Part shown: positions 51,901 through 62,681 of the stretch, one piece after another
Position numbering within the stretch: the stretch's first letter is position 1
Layout of the letters: each line of letters opens with the position of its first letter
NCBI RefSeq assembly: GCF_001194135.2
Contig: NC_068983.1
Span: forward strand, 150,382,238 to 150,446,237
Direction of reading: 5' to 3'
Length of the DNA stretch: 64,000 nt
DNA from: Octopus bimaculoides
Lineage: Eukaryota
The notes under the pieces: model-generated
Databases searched by the model: none
What the model was told of the DNA's origin: nothing
Seen by the model: the letters and a program-made list of their open reading frames with translations, nothing else
Position numbers and translations under genes: made by a program

Positions 51901-54006
51901 ACAAATGATACCATTTGTATGAATGGTGAGGCACACACATGAAGGGGAATACAAACTCGGTCACGCAAAGTTTGATTTTCCCAGATGGGAAAAGTGCACA
52001 ACTTCAAGAGAAGGAGGAGAATGGTTGCATGTTGGGACAATAGTCTATCTTTGTAAAACACACAAGTCATGAAAATTATTGACAATAAGTTTTATAAAGA
52101 CCATGTACACTATGAGATACATGAAAAATGGTAAGTTACAATGGTTTGTAGGTACAAATAAGGCATTTCAAAATGAAAGGAGAATATTTTTTTATAGTTA
52201 AGCAAGAGTAAGAAAGGCAGCACCAACGACCTTTCTTTCAGCAGGGTTTCTGAGATAGATGGGGAGAAATGGAGGCAGAAACCACTACTCATGAGTTATC
52301 CTGGTCAAAATACTAGCAACAGACTCTGTTAAATATACTTGAGATCCAGGTGATGGTGTTAAATCAGGCAACAAATACAGTTCATCTGATGGGTTATACA
52401 ATTTCTGTTAATATAGTTTAATCACAAAGCTGGGGGGGTCAATCAGGCATTTTTTCAAGGTGCTTTGTAGTGAGATTACATTTGAAATCCAGTGATTGAC
52501 CATATGACTGTGCCTATGTGTCATATGCTGACTGAAATGTAATGTACAGATAAATTATACAGTCCAAGGGCATAAGTATATAAATAAAAACTACGACTGC
52601 CCCTGGACTGGCTCTTGTGCGGGTGGCACATAAGATGCACCATTTTGAGCGTGGCCGTTGCCAGTACCGCCTGACTGGCCTCCGTAGGATTTTCGAGCGA
52701 GATCGTTGCCAGTGCCCCTGGACTGGCTTGTGCGGGTGGCACATAAAAGACACCATTTCGAGCGTGGCTGTTGCCAGTATCGCCTGACTGGCCTTCGTGC
52801 AGGTGACACGTAAAAGCACCTACTACACTCTCTGAGTGGTTGGCGTTAGGAAGGGCATCCAGCTGTAGAAACTCTGCCAAATTTAGATTGGAGCCTGGTG
52901 TTGCCATCCGGTTTCACCAGTCCTCAGTCAAGTCGTCCAACTCATGCTAGCATGGAAAGCGGACGTTAAACGATGATGATGATAATGATGATGACTGTCA
53001 CTTGCAAGCAAGTAGATTCGGCAGCATACACCATACATTTGCTAGTTGTTTTAGGTGGGAGATGACATAGACATCACCTCTGCTGCAACAACCTTGACCC
53101 AGCAGTGAGGATATGATGGATGTAGGGAAAGTGGGCTGCACCAGCACTAAGCTGATAGGTAAATATTCTCTGGTTTCAGGAAAGGCAACCTGGCTGTAGA
53201 AAACTGTTTAACATACTCTCATCTAACCGATGCAAGCATGGAAAAGTAGATACTAAAGCAATGATAATGATGAAGATATAGAAATACATAAATAAAATAG
53301 ATAAAAACTTACAAGAGTTATTCCAAGACTCCAGACATCAGATCTTACATCATAACCTCGACTGGACGCTCGAGGGTCAATTCGTTCAGGCTGGAAGAAA
53401 TGAAATTATGCAATTCAATAAGTCATATTGAGGACTAAATAGAGGCTACAAAGTAATAACTTGGTGGATATGAGATTGTAACAAAAATTCCTTGCTTAAA
53501 AAGCATATCTTTAAAAAGAGGATGTTTTAATTCTAAATCTGTAGAATACTATGGTAAGATTACTGATAGGGAATCAATAAAACCTGATCAAAACTCATGT
53601 CACCTCCACTTGCCAACCTATAGCGTAAAGACAATAAGCATTAAAAAGAACACAGGAAGTACAAGGTTTAACAAATATGATATTGTTTTAATGCTTCAGT
53701 GTAAAAAGAGGGTGTCTTAATGTTTCGGACATTAGTTCTTCATCAGAAAAGAGAAAGAGTAAGTGTTCAAAAAAAAGTTGGGGTAAGGGGAGAAAAAGAC
53801 ACAAGTGGGGCAGTGGTATGTGTGTGTTAGTGTGATGTATGTATGTGTATAAATTTGTGTAAGAGTGGTAGAATAGAGGTGTTGCTCTAAATAGATCTCT
53901 CATCATCATCATCATCGTTTAACGTCTGCCTTTCATGCTGGCATGGGTGGGTGGGTGGATATATATATATATATATACATACACACATATATACTTTTTT
54001 ACATAT

Positions 54007-54050
<44 letters not shown>

Positions 54051-57000
54051 TCACAAACACAGATGTACGTGTGTGTGTGTGTGTCCCCTGGGGGTAATAT
54101 CAGCCAAATCTTATCACACCCTCCTATCTTAAAGAAATATACATTTGACAATATAGTGCCTGATATAGGGACATGATGGTCATGGTTGCAATGGCTTTGA
54201 CCATATTTCTAAGGAGCAAAACAACATTTGCACATTTGAGTTGCTGGTATGTTTATTACTCCTGAATATTTCGTCTCCTTTCATCATGCAGTATATCTGC
54301 TGATGCTGTGTTAGCTGACAAGAGATAGCCAACATCAAGAATAACCAAAGTGTAACAAAAGTAAATAAGAATCAAAATGTTCAGCGGAACAAAGAAATAG
54401 AATACTTACTGCCATATAAGGCCGGCAGCCAGCATCACGACTTTTGGCAATAGAATCCACTAACTGACCACTAATTCCAAAATCACAGAGTTTGATGTTA
54501 CCTTTTCTGTCCAGCAGAATATTTGAAGGTTTCACATCTGGAAAAGAGGTAAAATTTTTATGATTTCATGTAAAACATTACTTAAAAAAAGAAAAAAAGT
54601 TGATAAAAATATCAGGTTTGGGACTATGGTTGACTAATATATTTCATCAATGTCATTTTAATGTCCACTTTCCATGCTTGCATAGATATGGGATTTGTCA
54701 AGATAGATTTTCTATGGATGGATGTTCTTGTAAACCCTCACCTGTTTCCAAGCAAGGAAATATTTCCCTGGTCCCTTGAACAAAACACCTTAATAGCTAG
54801 ATATGTTTACATGGAAGATTACAGACAAAAGACACTGTGTATAAACAGCAATTTTGGCTACAATCTGCACGCAAATATCAAGACCAGAAGACACAAATGC
54901 ACAATAATAATAAATCTTCTATAGCCTCAACTCACCTCTGTGGATAATCTTTAGCTTCTCTTTTAAATAATTCAATGCTTTAAGCGTCTGGAAATGAAAT
55001 AACGTTAATTTGTTAGAAGCAAAAAAAATATAAACCATAATTACTTTCAATAGAGAAATAATTTCTTAGCTTCTTCAGCAAGAAAATCATTTTCTCTTTT
55101 TTTATAACAAAGTAAATTTGAAAACAAATTTTGTTTTACTTATATTAAACAATTTTGTTGATTATGAGGTTAAGCTACAGCACTATTGCTTACATGGTTG
55201 TAAGTTGAAAACGTTTAATATCTATTATTGAGGTGTGCCCCAGAGCAAGGTGCATAACTCTGGTTGAACCAGTTTGACTGTCTGACAAAAAATAGATTAC
55301 ATTTCTAATTGATTGTAGAAATTCTATTTTTTATTAAATAAAGTGAAATAAATCATTGTAATGGTAGAACTTGAAATAGATAAAGCTATAAATAATTGCA
55401 TGTATAGTATTAAATAAGAAAACTCTCGGATAGAAAAAAGTAAAAGGCTGCACATGGGACTTGAACCCACTTCTTCAGATGTGCTACCATTCCAAAGCAG
55501 ACAGGATAGTAATGTTGTGAATAAAAGATAATATTAAATTATTATCAATCAGAAGATGTGGGTTTGAATTCTATGGGCATGAACCTTTTCCCTATCCAAA
55601 TGGTTTTTAAGCCAATATCCCGATTTACTTAGAGTTCCATTGCAAAAACAAAATAATTTATGAATATTTTTTGTCATAGAAGTGGAAGGGTAGTACCCAC
55701 AACTTTTTAGCAGAACATTCAAGTCTGTGAACAGGAAGGGAAGAAAGAAACCCCAAGCTCCTGAGTTGTAGCAGTAGAAAATAATGTATCAAGAGAGTGA
55801 ATTATCCTCAGATCAGATCCAGTTGTAAAAATAATTGTTCTAACCTTACTGACTAACAGTAGCCCCAGGACACAACATAATGATTGTAATAGTAATTATA
55901 ATCTTATGCTTAGAGTGCCTCTCTATGCATAACCCTCTCCTCTGTTATCAAGGGTAACCTCTCATTGATTCCGCTTTATCATTGGAACAGTGAAGCAGTT
56001 TTTTTCTATTTGCCACTGGATATACTTCCTTGAGGTGACGGAGGAAGGGGGGGATTCAGTAAACTGGTGTTTTTAAATCAAATCCTGTGATATTCATTCT
56101 GCCCAAGTTGCACAGACAATCCTTTGTCACTCTTGATGTTAGAAATGCAGTGAACCAGTGGATGGTGGCCCATTAGAAACTTATAACTAACAACACTATT
56201 ATTTAAAAAAAAAAAAAAAGCTAGGATAAATAAATTTCCTTAGGGAAATGGATGGCTTTCTTATCCCTCTTTGATGAAGAAACTCTCTTGTTATTTCTTG
56301 AATGAAGGTCTCTCTAGTAATTTCTTTGACAAAGAGCCTTGCTTGAAATAATTCACAAAACGTCCCCTAACACAAGTAATGACATATATCAGGGTAAGAA
56401 AATAAAAACTAAAAATATAATCAAAAGAACATGTAAAAAGCATTGTACTTACTGCTACAGCAATTTTGCCTAATATTTCTTCAGGCATAGTACTTATCAT
56501 AACTGAATATATGAATTTATAAAATTTATCTAAAGATATGTCCATTACTTCCATACAAATCCAGCAATCCCCCTGCAAAAAATGGTAAAATTTGAAAATA
56601 AAGCTTCCTTTTTTGACATAATCAAGATTTAAAAGAAATAATATCAGTATATTATAGACAACTGTTATTTTTTCATCATTTCTTCCAATGCTGATATTGG
56701 TCACAATTTTTTTCCCAGTGCACTTCTCACCAAAGTGTATTCTATTCTAAAATGAAAAGAAATTAGATTTGTCACATTGATTCCTAAATTAGACAACACC
56801 ACAACTTTACAACAGAAGATAATAAGATTGTGTAATATTCATAACTTACTCAAGAGCATTAGTACTGTAAGTGAAATGGATTTGCTTAAACTTAACAAAA
56901 ATAAAACTGGGTTGTAGACTCCACTCGGGAGATTATCTTTTAAGCTACAACAATTACCATAATTGCAAATCAAATGATTGAAGAAAAAACCAAGTTAACC

Positions 57001-60000
57001 GTAGGAGGGTTTGCTTTTAAAATCTAGAAGGATAAAAAATGGTAGAAAACTCTTTGTTTACAACACTTGTATTGTTCAAAGAAGATTAATATATTTGTAA
57101 TTGCAATTAATTCTAGAATATTACCAGTTTATATTTTATTAATCCTGGATACTGAAAGAGATGAAATTATATTTTGTAAACTATTTACTCAGGTACTCAC
57201 CAAAGAGAAAAACAATGCAGGAGTGAAGCCCCAGGCTAAAGGGAAGTTAACAGATATCATAGTTTGATGTTTTACAGTATTGTGCAATTAAATAGTTTCG
57301 TATGACAACAGAACAACAGTGTGATAGCAGATAATGTAGTTGAAAACTCCTATATGTGGTAACTAAACAAACATATAACTTACTAGAACAGCAAGGGTTA
57401 GGTTTAAAACTTTTACTATCAAATTTCTAATAATTATGTGTGTTTCAGTTAATTTTCAAAATAATTTAAGAATATAAAATCTTGAAACTGACAACTTTTA
57501 TCAGACTGAAATCTCTCATGTTATATGTGTAATAACAAAATTTCAACTGACATTTAAAACAGGCAGCTTGGGAGCAAATGACTATCATAGAACTATAAGT
57601 TATCTTTAGAGAGGTTGTACTCAAAGGGTTAATGTGTTTAGATACCGCTAAACCCAATAACCTAGGATAGCATTGAAAGACAGAAGTAAAACTGGGTTGC
57701 AAAACATGATCGATGAAAAGTTTGAATTGAACTGAATATAAACTACTGGCTTTGCAATATTAAGTGTTAAGAAGTTACATGGTTTAAGTCCTAAATACTT
57801 AATAAGATAAAGTCTAATACAATGTTTAATGACTAAAAAGAAATAGTTTCATAGAAACATTACAAGCAATGGTCATAATAATGAACTAGTGTAACACGTG
57901 GTTTGAAATAAATATAGGGAAACAGTTGAACTAACAGAAGGGGCTATTGTGAAGTTTGGGAACTCTTCTTACCTCTTTAAAAAGAGCACCATAAAATTGG
58001 ACAATATATGGACAATCGTTACTCCTCATCACAACATCTAGGTCCATCAAAAGTTGTTTTTGATCTTTCTCATCCACTGTTGATCTGATTCTCTGAAGTG
58101 AAAAAAGGAGAAGAGTAGAGGGGGAGAAATAATTAATAATTTCCTTACAAACAGAATAAATTGTAATGAGTGAATGGATCATCATCATCATCATCATCAT
58201 TTAACGTCCGCTTTCCATGCTAGCATGGGTTGGACGATTTGACTGAGGACTGGTGAAACCGGATGGCAACACCAGGCTCCAATCTAATTTGGCAGAGTTT
58301 CTACAGCTGGATGCCCTTCCTAACACCAACCACTCAGAGAGTGTAGTGGGTGCTTTTACGTGTCACCCGCACGAAAACGGCCACGCTCGAAATGGTGTCT
58401 TTTATGTGCCNNNNNNNNNNNNNNNNNNNNNNNNNNNNNNNNNNNNNNNNNNNNNNNNNNNNNNNNNNNNNNNNNNNNNNNNNNNNNNNNNAAGCCAGTC
58501 TAGGGGCACTGGCAACGATCTCACTCGAAAATCCTACGGGAGCCAGTCAGGCGGTACTGGCAACGGCCACGCTCAAAATGGTGCATCTCGTGCCACCCGC
58601 ACAAGAGCCAGTCCAGGGGCACTGGCAACGATCTTACTTGGCTTGCCGGGTCTTCTCACGCACAGCACATTTCCAAAGGTCTGGGTCAGTAGTCATCGCC
58701 TCGGTGAGGCCCAATGTACGAAGGTCTTGCCTCACCACCTCAGCCCAGGTCTTCCTGGGCCTACCTCTTCCATGGGTTCCCTCAACTGTTAGGGTGTGGC
58801 ACTTTTTCACGCAGCTATCCTCTCAAGATATTTTCAAGTTGATTAGTTATTGATTCAAATATTATCCCTAGCACTGTACTTTGTTTTTAGAAGGGCAATG
58901 TGGATGTCTTACACATTACTTATTTGCTAATAGAGGACTTAAGAATATAGAAGCTATTAAAAATATTCAGGCAAGATACTGTTATGCAGCCAAAACTTAA
59001 CTGACAACATAACAAGTAAGATCAAGTAGGAGAAACATTAAGTTTCTTAAGTTAGCTACAGATCATCATCTTACTGTCACTAGTTGCAAAGCAGATAAGA
59101 ATCACCCCACCCCACCCCACCAAATACTGATCTTTTAAGTAAGGATCTGGAATTTTTCTGCCCCTATTTACTTAGAATAGAGAAGGGGAGAAAAAAAATA
59201 GCAGATGAGTATGTTATGCAGGAGCAAACTTGCTGAAGCTAAAATGTAGCCTGGAGACCAGCAGGTCAAAATGTTGTCTGCTTGCAGTGCTCTGATAAGT
59301 ATTTATATGGAAATTCTACAAAAGTATCCTTTCTCCAAAGTAATCTTGCAGATAGCTTAATCAGTCCAGAGCAAGTTCACCATTACCATTGTCTATATGA
59401 CCTGATTACTATGTTGGGTATTTAACATAAGCTAATACCTAAAATCAATGCCAATATATACTTTTTATTCAGAATGATAAGTTATTTTTCCTAACCTCAG
59501 TTACATTAAAAGGGGTACAAGAAATGTTCTACTTACACAGATATTCAGTTAAACAAAAATTCAACTGATATGTGTTATTTAAAGAATGTAGTTGTGTAAA
59601 ACCAGAACAATGCGAGAAGGTACAAAGTAAACTACAAATTGAAAAGAAAACAGAACAAAGTTGCAGTTTTACCTTGTATTTCTATATTTTGGAGTGAAGA
59701 CCTCTTCTTCAGGACATTTGGAAAAGCGGTAGTTGGGAAAAGTTTGTTGCTTACTGAGCAATAAATTTTTTCCAACCACTGCTTTTCTGAATGTCCTGAA
59801 GAAGAGGTCTTCAACCCAAAATATAGAAATACAAAGTAAAACTGCAACTTAGTTCAGTTTTCTTTTCAATTTGTAGTTTATTTTGTACCTTCTTGCATTC
59901 TGCTGGCTTTACACAACTACATTCTTTAAATTATTCAAATAAATATATACTTATAACATGGAAACTGAAATATGAATGTAAAATATATAAATCAAGAGAC

Positions 60001-62681
60001 TTACTTTCACAGCCATTACTGTTTCACTTTCTCTGTGTACCATTTTATTGACTGTACCATAGTTACCTTGACCAATTAATCCGAGATCTTTAAGATCTTC
60101 GGCTGTGAATTGATAACTCTGAAAGACACAAAATAAGACATTGAAAACAAGTATATCCCAACTTGATACTAGGTGATAGCTCTTCATTGATATTCTAGTT
60201 CAGGAAATTTATAGTTTATGAAGGGTTACTTAAACATGCACACATTTTAGTATATATATATATTTTGTCATTATAAGATATAAGAGTTTTGACCAAAATT
60301 TGAAATTAGTTTTTAAAAAATGTCTTGGCACAAAGCTAATTCAGTATTTTTCTCAGACATATTTTCAGCTATGAGTTTTTTTTCTTCTTATGTTTGTAAA
60401 ACCAAACGTATGCATGTTGGTAGGAAATGAGGAATGGTTTGAATAGTCTTCATCTACTTTTACAGCCTTCCACCACACTTTTCATTACTTCAAAAAAGAC
60501 CCTTGACCGAAATTCCATAACTCACCTCGTTTTTTTTTGCAGCGCACATACTTTATTTCAGAGAATTATACGAGATAACATTAGATGTACTTTTTAAGTG
60601 TAAATGTCAAATGCACTGGCTATTAGATGCAAGGTCGATGATGACGAAGTTGATGACCTTTATCTCAGAAGTTCAGCAACTCAACAATTAAAAACACACT
60701 TATTAGACCTACCTCTAAATCCAAATTTTTAATTAAAAACTCAGATAAATATTATTACTTAATTTTCCTTTAAACTGATTGAAACAGTTTATCTATGTCC
60801 TGCATAATGAGGTACAACAGAGCCTTAGCAGGTTCAGTGGTTATATCTGAAGAGGTTATTATGAACACAGTATATATTATCCACTGAGGTATTACTGAAA
60901 TAGTTATATTGTATCTACTCTTTTACTTGTTTCAGTCATTCGACTGCGGCCATGCTGGAGCACCGCCTTTAGTCGAACAAATCGACTCCAGGATTTATTC
61001 TTTGGAAGCTTAGTACTTATTCTATCGGTCTCTTTTGCTGAACCACTAAGTTACGGGGACGTAAACACACCAGCATCAGTTGTCAAGCGATGGTGGGGAG
61101 ACAAACACAGACACACAAACATACATATATATACATATATATGACGGGCTTCTTTCAGTTTTCGTCTACCAAATCCACTCGCCCAAGGTGCCATGCAGTG
61201 GGACTGAACCCGGAACCATGTGGTTGGTAAGCAAGCTACTTACCACACAGCCACTCCTGCGCCTATAATCTATGGATGTTATAACTTATATTATCAATTA
61301 TTGATCAATGGATTTTATTACTCAATTAAGGAAAGATAGTTTTCTGATTTACTACTGGTTGAGACAAACAAGAAACCTGAATACTTTTTCACAAGATCAG
61401 GGATTAAAATTTTGGATTATGATTTGTAAAATCAGATTGAAAATTAAGTTCCATGACATGCAATTGGGTAAAACTGAACAGGAGGTGGTTACAATTGCAT
61501 GAGATTAAATTGAGATGATTAGTCTGGGGTAGAATGCTTAGTTAATATTGTAGGTATTGTTATGTTAAGATGTTCAGAAGAAAAAATTTTCAAAAAAGTT
61601 TCTAAATGAATTATTAAATTGATATGTTTGAATGGTACAGTTCTTGTAAAGAACTGTTAATAGCATTATTATCTTTAGTTCTTGAAATACAGAGAGTAAA
61701 CCTGATACACATGCAAAAGTTGATGAGGGTCAGAATTTTGGTAATGTTTTATAACAGAAATAAATGCATATATGTTTAGGTATATGGCCAGAACAAGTAA
61801 AAGAGTGTGTCTATGTGTGTGGGAGTTGGATATTTAAAAAAATTAACAGTGTATATTTTTCAATGCAAGTAAGTAGGATTGGACATATGAAAAAATGGAT
61901 GTTGACCATGGATCTGTATCAATTAACAGCACAATAGCAATTGATATGTTTGTTTAAATATGTGAAAAGATTTGACTTTTGGTAGTGATATGAATTAATA
62001 AATGTGTATAGGCAGTATCTATACACATGGTCAATAATATCTGTGCAAGTCATAAGTGACAAGCTTATTGTATATCTTGACATTATTACTTAGGTAAGGA
62101 TTGTAAAGTTGTGGGTTCAATTCCTGAACCAGGGGATACATTCTGTTCTTGAGCATGGTACTTCATTTTACATTGCTCCAGTCACTCAGCTGAAAATGAG
62201 TACCAGCTTTCTCTCCCTCCAATTGTGCTGGGTCAAGAGGATGCCTATGCTTGTTTGCAACAGCAAATACACCTAAAACAACAAATAAATGTGTAGTAGA
62301 AACTACCAAGTCATAACCACATTGCGAGTAATGGCTAAGCACGACTGAATTATAATGAATATGAATCTTTGGTGGGTATTATATATAAATATATGCCAGT
62401 TGTTATAGCGGACATTATACAGTGTGAATTACAGCATGTGGCGGTCACTAACAGTACCTGTTGCAGTTAAGTACAATATCTATAGAGGTTAATATGCAAT
62501 TAGTTGTATATCATGGCTGTTGCATTGTTGTATCTGTTGTGTTTATACAGAATTCAATTAGATGAAACATCCTGTGAAACAGTGATGATGATGATGATGA
62601 TGATTAATAAGAAACTGACCTACCTGTCTGTTTATTTGTAGTTTACCCGCAGAAGTCATTCCATAAGAACGTAGACGTTCT
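48834..62681 (-). CDS. MAP2K4: Dual-specificity MAP kinase kinase 4 (MKK4/SEK1), 5'-partial, 10 coding exons
   Basis: Minus-strand join(62681-62624,60118-60005,58092-57973,56572-56453,54987-54936,54537-54410,53390-53313,51701-51556,50988-50943,48944-48834), all GT-AG, frame continuous. Kinase motifs AVK, HRDVKPSN, DFG, APE. MKK4-type [54 protein letters not shown]. Confidence 0.95.
49926..50312 (-). mobile_element. tRNA-derived SINE (second head type) with internal (TG/TA)n
   Basis: Head gcaggagtggctgtgtggtaag...ggttccaggttcagtccc; second copy at 60916-61263. Confidence 0.85.
50943..50988 (-). CDS. MAP2K4: MAP2K4 exon ([15 protein letters not shown])
   Basis: 46 nt, ttccag|C TTG ... TTG|GTAAGG. 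Confidence 0.93.
51556..51701 (-). CDS. MAP2K4: MAP2K4 exon ([20 protein letters not shown]...)
   Basis: 146 nt, ccccag|ATG ... TG|GTAAGA. Confidence 0.95.
52598..52993 (+). mobile_element. RTE LINE 3' UTR copy (modules A-B-A-C)
   Basis: Near-identical to the 3' UTR of the ORF-bearing copies; (gat)n tail. Confidence 0.88.
53313..53390 (-). CDS. MAP2K4: MAP2K4 exon ([26 protein letters not shown])
   Basis: 78 nt, ttccag| ... |GTAAGT. Confidence 0.96.
53712..53752 (-). ncRNA. Degenerate minimal type I hammerhead ribozyme motif
   Basis: rc: tctttt-CTGATGA-A-GAAC-taat-GTCC-GAAAC-ATT-AAGA; one stem II mismatch; G16.2 replaced by A at a CpG. Confidence 0.55.
54410..54537 (-). CDS. MAP2K4: MAP2K4 exon (catalytic loop, DFG, activation loop)
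   Basis: 128 nt, ttccag|AT GTG AAA CCT ... GCA|GTAAGT. Confidence 0.96.
54936..54987 (-). CDS. MAP2K4: MAP2K4 exon ([17 protein letters not shown])
   Basis: 52 nt, ttccag| ... G|GTGAGT. Confidence 0.95.
56453..56572 (-). CDS. MAP2K4: MAP2K4 exon ([10 protein letters not shown]...GKIAVA)
   Basis: 120 nt, ttgcag| ... GCA|GTAAGT. Confidence 0.95.
57973..58092 (-). CDS. MAP2K4: MAP2K4 exon (RIRSTVDEK...ALFKE)
   Basis: 120 nt, cttcag| ... GAG|GTAAGA. Confidence 0.96.
58178..58823 (-). mobile_element. RTE-clade LINE 3' end (ORF2 end + modular 3' UTR)
   Basis: Reverse complement of the 10514 element, with (cat)n tail at 58178-58200. Confidence 0.9.
59577..59931. repeat. 355-bp near-perfect palindrome (175-bp arms, 5-nt loop) in a MAP2K4 intron
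   Basis: 59577-59751 is the reverse complement of 59757-59931, about 85-90% identical by eye; loop TACTG. Confidence 0.95.
60005..60118 (-). CDS. MAP2K4: MAP2K4 exon (Gly-rich loop to AVK)
   Basis: tttcag|AGT ... AAA|GTAAGT; [28 protein letters not shown]...MAVK. Confidence 0.95.
60916..61263 (-). mobile_element. SINE, same family as 49926-50312 (about 55-bp internal deletion)
   Basis: Colinear copy. Confidence 0.85.
62624..62681 (-). CDS. MAP2K4: MAP2K4 exon ([19 protein letters not shown])
   Basis: gttttag|A GAA ... CAG|GTAGGT; resembles vertebrate ERLRTHSIESSGKLKI. Confidence 0.8.

Noticed and set aside
52598-52830. Repeat-spacer-like periodicity suggestive of a CRISPR array
   Set aside because: Eukaryotic context; the 'spacers' are themselves repeated and belong to a LINE 3' UTR.
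58240-58262. CTGAGGA...GAAAC in the antisense strand of the LINE tail as a hammerhead
   Set aside because: Only 5 unpaired nt (ctggt) lie between the core motifs, so stem II cannot form.
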